Assembly (NCBI GenBank): GCA_049971805.1 | Contig: JBMFKU010000008.1 | Span: forward strand, 1 to 54,616 | Direction: 5' to 3' | Length of the DNA: 54,616 nucleotides | DNA from: Caldisphaera sp. | GTDB lineage: Archaea; Thermoproteota; Thermoprotei_A; Sulfolobales; Acidilobaceae | Part shown: in pieces, positions 42,782 to 54,521 of the stretch | Numbering within the stretch: the first letter of the stretch is position 1 | How the letters are laid out: each line of letters starts with the position of its first letter | Program-made: the position numbers and the translations under genes | Notes under the pieces: model-generated | What the model was told of the DNA's origin: nothing | What the model saw: the letters and a program-made list of their open reading frames with translations, nothing else | Database searches by the model: none

Positions 42782-42928
42782 CATCTTATACAAATCTGTG
42801 CATATATTTAAACATTTGCATACCTATTTTGATTTTAAAAAAATAAAAAACTATACTGAAGTAATATTTATTTTATTTTTTAAAAGAAATAAATTAAATA
42901 TTTAAGTCTAAAAAATTAAAACTATATT

Positions 42929-43696
42929 CTATTTTTTAAAAGAAGATCTTATTTTTTCTTTTGTTTCTTTTCTAGCACCAAATGCGGCAATAGCTGAAGA
43001 GCCAGCATATATATAAGGATTAAGTTTAGCTGATGAAATCAATGATTTTATTTGCTCAACTGCTAAATTATCATTTTTACTTATTTTAGCCGCTATATCT
43101 TTTACCTTACTTTTTAAAGAATCAATATTTTCTACTACATCATTTATAAAACCATATTTTATTGCCTCTTCTGCCGTTATCAATTCCCCAGTTAACCCTA
43201 GATATGATACTGCCTTTGAATTAGCCAACATAAATCCAATTGTCGAAGTTATTGGCGGTATTAAACCCCATTTTACTGCAGTTACTCCTAATTTAGCAGT
43301 TTTAACTGCATAAGCCATATCTGTAGCATATATTAGATCAAATCCCGCACCTATAGCATAACCATTAATCGCTGCTATAACTGGAACTCTACAATCCAAG
43401 ATGGCTTTAATTACTCCACCCAATCCTTTATACAGATAATTCCAAGATTTTCCTACATCATCTAAATTTGAAATTTCATTTAAATCTACACCTGATGTAA
43501 AATATTTTTCTCCTGATCCTATTAATGCAATAGTTTTTGCATTTTCATCTTTACATACATTTTCTATCGTATCTTTTAAATCAAACATATCTTTACTTCC
43601 TAAAGCATTTGCATATTTTTCTCTGTTTATTATAATCCAAACAAGTGGATAATCTTTTTCAACTTTTATACTTGTATTTTCGCTCACTTTTCTCAC
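42929..43696 (-). CDS. Enoyl-CoA hydratase/isomerase (crotonase) family protein (start may be GTG 43687)
   Basis: INREKYANAL, FTSGVDL, PVIAAINGYAIGAG, LTGELITAEEA; lies within the inverted segment. Confidence 0.85.
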   Translation of the reverse strand: MRKVSENTSIKVEKDYPLVWIIINREKYANALGSKDMFDLKDTIENVCKDENAKTIALIGSGEKYFTSGVDLNEISNLDDVGKSWNYLYKGLGGVIKAILDCRVPVIAAINGYAIGAGFDLIYATDMAYAVKTAKLGVTAVKWGLIPPITSTIGFMLANSKAVSYLGLTGELITAEEAIKYGFINDVVENIDSLKSKVKDIAAKISKNDNLAVEQIKSLISSAKLNPYIYAGSSAIAAFGARKETKEKIRSSFKK

Positions 43697-43728
43697 CTAA
43701 ACTAATTTATTAATTAATATTTTTTAAT

Positions 43729-44419
43729 TTAAGCTTTTTTACTAAAAGCTTTCTTGATCTCATCAGTATCTTCACCTAATAGAGGAGGTGGTATTTGTGA
43801 TATGGGCTCATTATTATTTATAATTCCTGGTTCTTTGAGTTGCTTAATCTTTCCTAATATTTCATGTTCCATTTCAAAAACAAGAAGATTAGCATATGGA
43901 TCCTTAAATACTTCCTCAATATCATAAACTGGTGCAACAGGAACCCCTGATTTTTCCAATAAGTTAATCCATTCATTCCTACTTTTATTATAAAATATTT
44001 GCTGCAATATATTAGAAAGCTCATCCCTGTTACGGACCCTATCATTATTTGTTCTAAACCTTGGATCTTCTTTTAATTGACTTAGGTTTAATACATCGCA
44101 AAGCTTACTCCAATGTCTATCATTTCCAACAGCAACAAAGAACCACTTTTTATCTGAACCCATAAAAGCTTGATGAGGTGCCATACTTGGATGTGCTGAT
44201 CCTAGCCTTTTTGGCTTTTGGTTAGCTATTAGATACATCATAGGTATATATGACATTCCGAAGAGAGCACTATCAAACAAATAAACTTCAGCATAATAAG
44301 GTTTAATATTAGAGTGAAGACCTGACAAAGCATAAATAGCTGCCATCTCACCTGTTATTATATCAAATAATGCAAATGGTATCCTAATAGGCTGATCATT
44401 TTCTCTTCCTGTGGTTAAC
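43729..44419 (-). pseudogene. CoA-transferase family III, 3' half (inverted)
   Basis: LTTGRENDQPIRIP..FDIITG, RLGSAHPSMAP, DPRFRTNNDRVRNR, GVPVAPV, PPLLGEDT. Confidence 0.88.
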
Positions 44420-44431
44420 AGGTGCAAATGT

Positions 44432-44644
44432 TTGGCCTCAAATAAAAGTAAAAGTAGTTGGTTGATAGTAGGTATTATTACTATATTAGTTTTTGGGGTT
44501 TATGCATGGCCATGGTATAATTTTGTAAAACCTAGTATGGCTGGATTACCGTTTTTCTATTGGTGGATAATAGTTTGGTATTTAATTTCATCAATTATTC
44601 TCTATGCTGCTGTTAATTTAAGAGTAAAGGGTGGAGCTTCATGA
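44432..44644 (+). CDS. Small 2-TM symporter accessory protein (DUF3311-like)
   Basis: WPWYNFVKPSMAGLPFFYWW motif; ATGA overlap with the symporter start at 44641. Confidence 0.7.
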   Translation: MASNKSKSSWLIVGIITILVFGVYAWPWYNFVKPSMAGLPFFYWWIIVWYLISSIILYAAVNLRVKGGAS

Positions 44645-46136
44645 TAACAGCTGCAGGTTATGAATTGTTAATCACATTTATTGTTTTATTTGTAATATTT
44701 GCAATTGTAGGTTTTATGGGTAGAAGCTTTAGAAGAGGAGACATGACACAACTTCATGAATGGGGGGACTTGGTGGAAGAAAATTAGGAACCATTTTACA
44801 GTTTTTCTTACAAGGAGCTGATTGGTTTACAGCTTATTCTATATTAGCAATTCCTTCTGCTGTTTTTGCTTTAGGGGCATTTGGGTTTTTTGGAGTTGCA
44901 TATCAGGCAATGGTTTTTACATTTGCAAGCCTGTTTATGCCTAGATTATGGAAAATCTCAAAGGAGAAAGGCTATATAACTATAGCAGACTACGCTAGAG
45001 GAGAATTTAATAGCATAGGCTTATCATTATCAATAGTTGTTTTAGGAATATTTGCAACATTATTTTACATAGCGTTGCAAGTTGATGGGTTATATGCAAT
45101 TCTTGGTACAACTCTCCTAGAATCATTTCATATATTACCAACATCATCCGTTTTTAAAGAATATAGTCTCGTAATTTTATTCATAGCATTTTTGGTAATA
45201 GCTGCTTTTTCATTTACTAGTGGGGTAAGGGGTGTATCATTTGGAGCGATATTTAAAGATGTTTTAGTTTGGACAGGATTGTTAACGGTTATAGTTGCTA
45301 CGCTTTATTATACTCACGGTTTTACTAATCTATTTTCTGGTATGCCATCTAAATATCTATCTTTGCCAAGCACTGAAGCTTTAGCGTTTAGTTCAAGTAT
45401 GCTTGGTGTAGTCTTTTCAGCATATTTATGGCCTCATAATATAACTGGATCATGGGCTGCGCAAAGTGAGGATAGACTATTGAAAGGTTATTCATTAACC
45501 ATATTATATGCGATACCATTAGCCTTAGCTGATGTTATGGCTATAGCCGTTTACAAAATACCATCAGTTCATAGCTTTGTATTTCAATTGCCAGCAGCAT
45601 CAAGGGGGCTATATGTGATTCCAGGCCTATTGGTTTCCTTAGTACCCCCTTGGCTGGCTGGATTAGCTTTGCTAGGTATATTTGTTGGAGGCTTAGTGCC
45701 AGCTGCTTTAATGGCTGTAACTGTTGGTAACATGACAGGGAGAGATTTGGCTAGAATGGTTAAAACAAACATATCGGCTAAAGGTCAAACTCAAGTAGCT
45801 AAATGGGCTGCTGTTATATTTACTTTCTTATCATTGGCACTGTTGCAAGTAATTCCAATGACCTATGCGTTTCAATTCTATTTAGTTGGCGCTGAAGTAA
45901 TTTTGCAGTTTTTGCCAATAGCTGTGATACATCCATTTTTCAAGTTTATAAGAAAAGAATTTGCAATTGCAGGTCTATGGATTGGATCTTTAATTTCTAT
46001 ATTTGTAACCCTATATGCTAATCACTATAAGGTTATATCAACAACGCTATACCATGATTTATATGTAGGATTTATAGGGCTATTAATAAATATTATAATA
46101 GTCTTAATAAGTCTAGCATTTCCTAAGAAATCATAA
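44641..46136 (+). pseudogene. Sodium:solute symporter, frameshifted at a G6 run (44762-44767)
   Basis: Frame 1 MITAAGYELL...FRRGDMTQLHEW joins frame 2 GLGGRKLG...GADWFTAYS if 2 G are removed (or 1 added). Confidence 0.8.
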
Positions 46137-46184
46137 TCGTTTAATTTTTTAAGTTCTTTTTTATTACTTTAGATGGGGTTTAAG

Positions 46185-48164
46185 ATGAGTAATATAATAG
46201 TAGGGGTAGATGTAGGAGGAACTTTTACTGATGCAATATATATTGATTCTAATGGTGCCATGAAAGTCTCCAAAGTTTCTACAACGCCAGCAAAGCCCGA
46301 AATAGGCATAGTAAATGCCTTAAATCAAATAGTAAAAGGAATTAAAATACCTGAATTATTACATGCAACCACAATCGCTACTAATGCAATATTAGGTCAA
46401 ATTAAATTAGAACTTCCAAATACTGCACTGTTAACAACAAATGGTTTTAAAGACATAATAGAAATTGGTAGGCAAAATAGGCCTAAGCTTTATGATCTTT
46501 TCTTTACTAAACCGAGACCATTAATTCCAAGGAAATTCAGATATGAAGTAAACGAAAGAGTTAGTGTAAATGGAGAGATAATTAAAGATATAGATGAGGA
46601 TGAGATAATAAATATAGCTAATGAATTAGTAAAAAACAATGTAGAAAGTGTTGCAGTTTCCTATCTTCATTCTTACATAAATCCAATAAATGAGATTAAA
46701 GCTAAAGAAATATTAAACAGATATTTTAAATATGTGACTATATCTAATGAGATAGCTCCAGAACCAAGAGAATATGAAAGAACATCGACAACTGTAGTTA
46801 ATGCTGTGTTAAGGCCAATAGTATCTAGGTATATTGACATGCTTTCCTCTTCCTTAAAAGAATTTGGGACAGAAAAGATTTATATAATGTCAAGTTCTGG
46901 AGGATTAGTTAATACAATAGATGCATCAGAAAGACCTGTTCAAATGATTGAATCTGGTCCTGCAGCTGGTGCTATAGCTGCTGCAGAACTTTCAAACATG
47001 CTTTCAGTTAAAAATTCAATAGGATTTGATATGGGAGGAACAACAGCAAAAGCTAGTGCAATAATTGATGGTAAGTTGGAAATAACAACAGAATACGAAG
47101 TAGGAGGAGAAGCACATCACGGAAGAACTATTAAAGGCTCTGGCTATCCTGTTAGATTCCCATTTATCGATTTAGCTGAGGTTTCAGCAGGAGGAGGTAC
47201 GGTTATATGGAAAGATGAAGCTAATGCATTAAGGGTTGGCCCAATAAGTGTTGGAGCTGATCCAGGCCCTGCATCTTATGGCAAGGGCGGAGATAAAGCA
47301 TCAATAACAGATGCTAATTTGCTATTAGGTAGAATAGGCAATAAGCTTGCAGGAGGAGAAGTTAACTTAAACGTAGAATTAGCCAGAAAAGCTTTATCAA
47401 ATTTAGGTGATCCTGAGGAAATATCTATATCAGCTCTTGAATTAATAAATTTAGAAATGGCTAGAGCTGTAAGATTGGTAACTGTAGAAAGGGGTTTAGA
47501 CCCGTCTTCATTTTCAATAATAGCATTTGGCGGCGCAGGTCCACAACATGCAGCTATGTTAGCAGAAGAATTAGGTTCGCAAGAAGTTATTATACCTCCT
47601 GAGCCTGGATTATTTAGTGCATTAGGCCTTTTGATGGCAGACTCTAAATTTGAGGCTAGATTGGCTTTTCCAAAAGACTTACAAGATGCTTTTGATAATC
47701 TTGAAAAAGAATTAGTTAAGAAAGTGGGAACCTTAGATTACTTTATAAGATTATTAGATGTAAGATATCAAGGTCAAGGATACGAATTAACAATTACCGC
47801 TCCTGAAAAATTAGATAAGGAATCAATAGAAAAAAGCTTTGCAACTGTGCACTATAATACTTATGGGTTTACATTAAATAGACCTATAGAAATTGTTATG
47901 TCAAGAGTATTTGGGATCAGAGTTAGACCAAAGCCTTCTTTGGGAGAAGCTAAGGAAGACATTGAATTAAAGGAAAAAGGCTTTAGGAAAGCATATATAA
48001 GCAAATCCTGGGATGAGGTACCGGTTTATGAAAGAGATTCTTTGCCTAGAGGATGTAAGATTAAAGGACCTGCAATTATAGATGAATATAGCTCAACAAT
48101 TGTTATTCCAAGAGGTTGGAAAGGGGAGGTAGGTCCTCATAGAACTGTTATTTTGAAGAGGTGA
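46185..48164 (+). CDS. Hydantoinase/5-oxoprolinase family, subunit A (ATP-binding)
   Basis: [58 protein letters not shown]. Confidence 0.92.
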   Translation: MSNIIVGVDVGGTFTDAIYIDSNGAMKVSKVSTTPAKPEIGIVNALNQIVKGIKIPELLHATTIATNAILGQIKLELPNTALLTTNGFKDIIEIGRQNRPKLYDLFFTKPRPLIPRKFRYEVNERVSVNGEIIKDIDEDEIINIANELVKNNVESVAVSYLHSYINPINEIKAKEILNRYFKYVTISNEIAPEPREYERTSTTVVNAVLRPIVSRYIDMLSSSLKEFGTEKIYIMSSSGGLVNTIDASERPVQMIESGPAAGAIAAAELSNMLSVKNSIGFDMGGTTAKASAIIDGKLEITTEYEVGGEAHHGRTIKGSGYPVRFPFIDLAEVSAGGGTVIWKDEANALRVGPISVGADPGPASYGKGGDKASITDANLLLGRIGNKLAGGEVNLNVELARKALSNLGDPEEISISALELINLEMARAVRLVTVERGLDPSSFSIIAFGGAGPQHAAMLAEELGSQEVIIPPEPGLFSALGLLMADSKFEARLAFPKDLQDAFDNLEKELVKKVGTLDYFIRLLDVRYQGQGYELTITAPEKLDKESIEKSFATVHYNTYGFTLNRPIEIVMSRVFGIRVRPKPSLGEAKEDIELKEKGFRKAYISKSWDEVPVYERDSLPRGCKIKGPAIIDEYSSTIVIPRGWKGEVGPHRTVILKR

Positions 48165-48170
48165 TAAATT

Positions 48171-49730
48171 ATGGTTTCATGGGAAATTATACATAGAGCC
48201 ACTTCATTTATATCAGAAGAGATGGGAGTAGCTTTGAGGAGATCTGCATTATCTCCAAATATAAGGGAAAGGGCAGATCACAGTTGTGCAATAATAGATG
48301 CTAATGAAAGAATAGTTGCTCAAGCGGAACATATACCTGTTCATTTAGGTTCATTAAGGGTAGGTATAAAGAATTTACTAGATTATCTCGAAAAGGAAAG
48401 AATAGAATTAAATGAAGGAGACATGATATTTTCAAACGATCCTTATTTAACAGGAACTCATCTAAATGATGTAACAGTTATATCTGGAATTTATTATAAA
48501 GGTAAATTAATCGGTTATACTGCAAATAAGGCTCATCACGTAGATATTGGAGGGCCGGTTTTTGGTAGTATTAATCCGCAAGCAACAACTATTTATGAAG
48601 AAGGGGAAATAGTTCCTCCAGTAAAATTGGTAGAAAAAGAAGAAATTAGAGAGGATATATTAAAAATGTTTTTGGCAAATGTAAAATCTCCTTTAACAAA
48701 TGAAGGCGACCTTAAGGCCCAAATAGCAGCTAATTTGACAGGTATAAAGAGAGTTAAAGAATTAATAGACAAATATGGGCTTGAGCAAACAATTGATGGG
48801 TGGGAAAATTCAATTAAATATGGAAGAGAATTAGCATTAAAAGAAATATCAACTTGGCCAAAAGGCGAATTTACTGCAGAAGATTACTTAGAAACAGGTA
48901 CAGATTTATCAGATTTAATCAGTATTAACGTTAATGTGAAAATTACAGAGAATAATGTTACAATATTATATCCAAAATTAATTAAGCAACTTAGAAAGCC
49001 TTTAAATGCAGTATTTGGAGTAACTTTTGCTGCATCATCTTTTGCAATTAGATCTTTAATGAAAGGTGATGTACCTACTAATGAAGGTCTATATTCAATT
49101 ATAAACGTTATAGCAGATGAGGGGTCATTACTTAACGCAACTCCTCCTGCACCGGTTTCAGGAGGAAATTTAGAGACTAGCCAAAGAATTGTAGACGTAA
49201 TCTTATTTGCTCTTTCAAAAGCAATGCCGGATAGGATTCCAGCTGCTTCATCTGGCACAATGATGAATGTTATGCTTGGCGGATATGACAAAAATGGGAA
49301 ACCATGGGCATATTATGAAACTATAGGAGGAGGTAGCGGAGCTAGGCCAAATGGAGATGGTGTTTCTGGTGTGCACACTAATATGACAAATACTATGAAT
49401 ACTCCAATAGAAATAACAGAATCTACTTATCCGATGTTTTTTACTTCATATAAAATAAGAGAAGGAAGCGGTGGAGAAGGAAAGCATAGAGGAGGAGATG
49501 GAATAGTACGTTCATTCAAGGTATTATACCCAGCTAGGTTGGCAGTTATGTCTAGCAGATTTTTAACAAATCCATATGGTTTATTTAATGGAAAGCCAGG
49601 CAAGCCATCAAAACTAACTATAAAGAGGAAAAATGGAAATATTGAAGATATAAAACCTTTATCTGTTATAGAATTATTTGCTGATGATGAAGTAATAATT
49701 GAGACTCCAGGAGGAGGGGGTTATGGATAA
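48171..49730 (+). CDS. Hydantoinase/5-oxoprolinase family, subunit B
   Basis: SPNIRERADHSCA, HIPVHLGS, NDPY..GTHLND, HHVDIGG, ETIGGGSGA, NTPIE, TPGGGGYG. Confidence 0.92.
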   Translation: MVSWEIIHRATSFISEEMGVALRRSALSPNIRERADHSCAIIDANERIVAQAEHIPVHLGSLRVGIKNLLDYLEKERIELNEGDMIFSNDPYLTGTHLNDVTVISGIYYKGKLIGYTANKAHHVDIGGPVFGSINPQATTIYEEGEIVPPVKLVEKEEIREDILKMFLANVKSPLTNEGDLKAQIAANLTGIKRVKELIDKYGLEQTIDGWENSIKYGRELALKEISTWPKGEFTAEDYLETGTDLSDLISINVNVKITENNVTILYPKLIKQLRKPLNAVFGVTFAASSFAIRSLMKGDVPTNEGLYSIINVIADEGSLLNATPPAPVSGGNLETSQRIVDVILFALSKAMPDRIPAASSGTMMNVMLGGYDKNGKPWAYYETIGGGSGARPNGDGVSGVHTNMTNTMNTPIEITESTYPMFFTSYKIREGSGGEGKHRGGDGIVRSFKVLYPARLAVMSSRFLTNPYGLFNGKPGKPSKLTIKRKNGNIEDIKPLSVIELFADDEVIIETPGGGGYG

Positions 49731-49865
49731 CTTTTATAAACTGTTTATATGACTTTTATATCATATAATTTAATTATTTTATAGATATATTATAATAAAA
49801 ATTATATTATATATTTTTAGAAAAGCTTATATGCTGTACCTTATAAAACAGAAAAGGACAGGTGA

Positions 49866-52717
49866 TTGTGTATTGCGCTCGGCGGTATTAGTGTTAAGAG
49901 GAATATTTCGAAGAAAAATCTTCTCGGAACTTTATCTGTTCTTTTAGTTTTAGTTGTCATTTTAACTGGAACATATAATTATGTTAATAATTTAAATAAA
50001 AATAAAATTCCTACACAAACAATCTCATCTACTTTAACAAGCAGAGTTACAACGCAATATCAAAATGTTTCAGTCATTTCAAACTTACAGCCTCTAATGC
50101 CGGAAAGTTATTCTATACAAGTTAATCAACCATTAGAAGTAAATATACCTAACTTTAAACCAGGTGACTATGCTTTAGTTTATGATGGAGAAGGTTATAT
50201 ATTAAATGTAAGCAGTAGTAGCTTTAATGTAAGCTTTAATTATCCAGGCCAATACTTTTTATATTATATTTTATATAATAATAACAAGTTCTTAGGAAGT
50301 TCATCAAAGAATTTAATTCAAATTATAGTATTTCCATTTTTAAACTTTAATCAATCAAATTTATTAACAATACCTGTTATATCATTAAGTAGCGGTTCTA
50401 TATTAACATCAGGTAAACAGTTTAATATATCACTTGGGTTTTTGCAACCACCTTCAGGAATAAATATTACTATAAAGGAATACATATTATCATTAGGCAA
50501 TGGAACAAATATAATTATACCTTCAAAGAATTCTACGGGCTATGCAATTCAAGCATATTTAACCGGTTCTGGCAATATTAGCTATATAGAGCCTGTAAAA
50601 AGCTCTATAGCAGTTTTATTTAATAAACCTGGTCTTTATCCAATATCTTTAACTATTGTTACAGAAAACATTTCATCTGGTAAAACTTATAATTATACAG
50701 TATATCAAACTGTTGCAGTTTCTTCTCAAGAAGAACAATTTAGTTTATATTCAGGTCTATTGAGTGTTTCAAATCCCAATACAATAATCGATGCTGAGGT
50801 TGTTCCTGGAGGACCTTTCACTTTTGATCCATCTTTATGGATTGATACTATAAGCCAGGAAGTGATAAATAATATATATGGTTCTTTAATATGGTATTAT
50901 CAATCTAGTACAACTAAATTTATACCAATGATAGCAGAATACATACCAACAGTTGGCAATTGGTCTAATGTAACAGATAGATATATGTATGGTGCAATTT
51001 CCCCTAATTATACAATATATATATATTCAAAATAAGGCCTGGTTTAAAGGCATCTAATGGAGATCCTATAACTGCATATGATGTATGGTATACAATGATA
51101 AGAATGCTTGTCTGCGCTGGAGGTTTTCCTGGGGCAGAGGGAACTTATTTAGCTCCATTTACTGTTCCTAATTACAATTTTTCTACCTTTATAGTTAAGT
51201 CCCCTAACGATTCATTGGGGGCAGAATATATAATCAATTCAATATCATATAGTAACGAAACAAATACCGTTACTTTCCATTTAATTCAGCCAGTAAATCC
51301 AACGTTTTTCTTTAATGTTATGACTTCATTTGATTATGTAATAGATGCAAAATGGTTGAACCAAGTGGGTGATGGATTAAACTTAACGGGATTATATGAT
51401 GGAAACTATACAGAATTAGCTCAATCATTTTATCAATACCAACAAACTTGCAACGCAGGAAATTATAATACTAAGGTTCAATGGCCTTCTTCAAACGCTG
51501 GTTTTACTGGGTTATATTATATAGCATCATTTACTCCAGGTGAAAGCGTTGTGTTAAATCCAAACCCATATTGGCCTAGCAATATAACTTATTTCCCTAA
51601 GCCAAACAATACAATTATTATAGATTGGGTTCAGGATCCAACAACAGCTTTAAATATGTTAGCAAGCGGAGAGGCTGATATAGTAACATTTCCGAAAATA
51701 GAAATCTCTCCATATTTACCAAAGCTTGAACAATTGCAATCTCAAGGTAAAGCCAAGATATATGGGTTTCCCTCTCTCAATGTATGGTATTATGATTTCA
51801 ATCTAAATGTAAGTGAACAGTTGCTAAAACAAATAAATCCATCTTATAGTATACCTTCATACTATTTTGCAAATCCATTAGTTAGAAAAGCTTTTGCATA
51901 TGCTTTTAATTATACAGAATACATAAATGATATACTAGGCAATGAAAAATATAATGTAAACTTTGGACAACCATGGTGCGGAGTTTTATTACCTGGAATT
52001 GATTATTCAGTACCACCGTCTCAATTAACAGGTTGCCCAACATTTAACTTGACATATGCTAAACAATTAATGGAAGAATCAGGTTTCTATAATATAAGCG
52101 TTAACTTCCCAATAATTGTATCAAGCGGTGATACTGTTGATTTCACAGCAGCTGAGATGTGGGCATCATTATTAAATGAAATAGATCCAAACATACATGC
52201 TACACCATTATACGAGCCCTTCTCAACAATAATAAGTTACATGATTCCAGGCGAAAACCCTATGTCCATATATTATCTTGGCTGGATATCAGGTTATCCA
52301 ACAGCTAGCTTTGCAGCAGATTCAATATATTTAGCTACTGGAGCTTATCCGTCACCTGATGGATGGAATGTAACTTATTTAAATAATTTATCTACATACT
52401 TTAATAGCACAGGAAATGCTAAAGTAGGAGCAATTATTTGGCAAGAAGCCCAAGAATTTCAGGAAATGAACAATTTATTGCAGCAAGCTGATAAAGCCGA
52501 TTTATCTGGTAATTTAACTGAAGCAATAAATCTATACAAAGAGGCCGAACAAATGGCAATAAATCTATACATGTATGTATATACAATACAACAAAACCAA
52601 TATTGGGCAATTAAACCATACATGCATGCATACCAAGGAAATATATTAGCATGGGAAGAAAATCCATCGTTTAATGGTGCGGGGGATAGTTGGTACTTCT
52701 GGTGGACTAAATCATAA
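49866..52717 (+). pseudogene. Large ABC peptide-binding protein (SBP family 5) with PKD-like N-terminal region, frameshifted at (AT)6 51015-51026
   Basis: Removing one AT gives ...ISPNYTIYIFKIRPGLKASNGDPITAYDVWYTMIR..., the family-5 signature, joining ORFs 49866-51035 and 51095-52717; N-terminal TM, many sequons, VRKAFAYAFNY. Confidence 0.85.
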
Positions 52718-52795
52718 TTTTAAATATATATTCATTATTTTTTATTTTTAAGCTATTTATATTTCAAAGTGTATACAAAATCTGGGCGCTTAATA

Positions 52796-54253
52796 ATGGT
52801 TCTTTTGGGTCCAGATAGATTTATATCTAGGTTAAAAGAAAGGTCTTCACAATTAAATATTTTTATAAATGGAGAAAAGGTTAATGATATAATTAATAAT
52901 CCTATAATTAAACCATCTATAGAAGTTATAAAGAAAACATACGAATTGGCTTTAGATAAAAGCTATAAAGGTATATTTACAGCAACAGGTTTTGATAATG
53001 AAGAAATAAATAGATTTGTACATGTTGAGCAAAGTATTGATGATTTAATGAGAAGAGCAGAAGCACAAAGGATTTTAAATTATAAAGTAGGAAATTGCAA
53101 TTATAGATGCACTGGTCATGATGGAATTAATGCGCTCTTTCCAGCAACATATGATATAGATAAAAAATATGGCACAGAATATCATAAAAGGTTTGTTGAA
53201 TGGCTTAAAAATGTGCAAAGGAATGACTTGACAGTTGAAACAGCTATGACAGATGTAAAAGGCAATAGATCAAAGAAACCTATAGAATTGAAAGATAACG
53301 ATATGACTTATTTGCATGTAGTCGAAAGAAGAGATGATGGAATAATTGTAAGAGGCACCAAAATGCATATAACAGGGGCAGCAACTTCCGATGAATTGCT
53401 AGTCGTACCAACAAGGGCTATGAGCGAAAAGGAAAAAGATTATTCTGTAGCATTTGCAGTAAAACCAGAAACTAAAGGAATCTATTATATAGCTAGTTGG
53501 AGTCCTATGGATATACTTAAAAAGGTTTCATATGAAAGTAAAGCAGAAGGAGATTATCCATTAATATATGGTCATAGAAGTACATACATTGTTATCTTTG
53601 ATGATGTATTTATTCCCTGGGAAAGAGTTTTTATGAGTGGAGAATTTGATTTTACTGATAAGCTACTAAGCTATTTCATAGCTCATCATAGGGCTGGAGG
53701 GGGGCCATGCAAAGCTGGTTTTGCGGATGTTATTATAGGCTCAGCAGCTTTAATGGCTGATGCTAATGGTATATTAAATTCAAGTTATATTCAGGACAAG
53801 TTGTTAAATATGAAAAGACATGGAGAGGTTGCATATTCTGTAGGAATTTCAGCTATGGCAAAGGCTTGGAGACATGAAAGCGGGGCTTATATACCAGATA
53901 CAGATTTAGCTAATTTGACAAAACTAGAGGCTGTCGATCATCTGAAAGAAGTTATAGTTGATGCAGCTGATATCGGTGGAGGAATAGTTGTTAATGCACC
54001 ATCAGTCAATGATTTAAAAATTGAAGGCATAGGTGATTTAGTCTCAAAGTCTCTAAGCGGATCAGAAAATTATACACCTGAACAAAGATTGAGAGCCGCT
54101 AGATTGCTTCAAGTATGGACCGCTGGATCTCATTTAGTTGGAGCAATACAAGGAGGAGGCCCTCCTGCTGCTGAATTACTTGCTATTAAAACAGATTTAA
54201 AACAAAAATTACCAGAATTAATAAATAATGCTAAAAAGCTCTCTGGATTATAA
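52796..54253 (+). CDS. abfD: 4-hydroxybutyryl-CoA dehydratase (HpaB/AbfD family)
   Basis: CNYRCTGHD and HHRAGGGPCK supply the 3 Cys + His cluster ligands; AMTDVKGNRS, VRGTKMHITGA, FDDVFIPWERVF. Confidence 0.78.
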   Translation: MVLLGPDRFISRLKERSSQLNIFINGEKVNDIINNPIIKPSIEVIKKTYELALDKSYKGIFTATGFDNEEINRFVHVEQSIDDLMRRAEAQRILNYKVGNCNYRCTGHDGINALFPATYDIDKKYGTEYHKRFVEWLKNVQRNDLTVETAMTDVKGNRSKKPIELKDNDMTYLHVVERRDDGIIVRGTKMHITGAATSDELLVVPTRAMSEKEKDYSVAFAVKPETKGIYYIASWSPMDILKKVSYESKAEGDYPLIYGHRSTYIVIFDDVFIPWERVFMSGEFDFTDKLLSYFIAHHRAGGGPCKAGFADVIIGSAALMADANGILNSSYIQDKLLNMKRHGEVAYSVGISAMAKAWRHESGAYIPDTDLANLTKLEAVDHLKEVIVDAADIGGGIVVNAPSVNDLKIEGIGDLVSKSLSGSENYTPEQRLRAARLLQVWTAGSHLVGAIQGGGPPAAELLAIKTDLKQKLPELINNAKKLSGL

Positions 54254-54521
54254 TTTCAAATAATTAAAAGTTTTTTAAATACATTCTCAATAAATTTAGA
54301 ATCTTTTTATTTATTGAATATAGCTGTAGTTTAGCAATCCTAAATGCTTTCGCAGCTTCAGCCCTTATAGCAAAAAGCCGATTTATACTTTTATTCATAA
54401 GAAAAATTTGTGGATTTGTTTATGTTTCAAATCGTTAATTTAATTTGATCAATTCGAAAACATATTGGACATAAATTAGATGATTCATTATAGGTATAAA
54501 TTTTGTTGATAAAATAAAAAA

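Noticed and set aside
42782-42905. C-terminal tail of ORF 42546-42905
   Set aside because: Read-through past the inversion breakpoint into inverted promoter DNA.
811-49291. Many 60-175 aa ORFs antisense to or overlapping real genes (e.g. 2948-3454, 13519-14043, 29596-30066, 41212-41616, 48884-49291)
   Set aside because: Shadow ORFs rich in Ser/Ile/Phe/Leu, with no motifs or SD.
52796-54253. abfD as evidence of autotrophic carbon fixation
   Set aside because: No other cycle genes in the window; the context is catabolic.
54310-54480. GC-richer patch after abfD (minus frame IRAEAAKAFRIAKL)
   Set aside because: Might be a gene relic or small RNA; not identifiable by eye.
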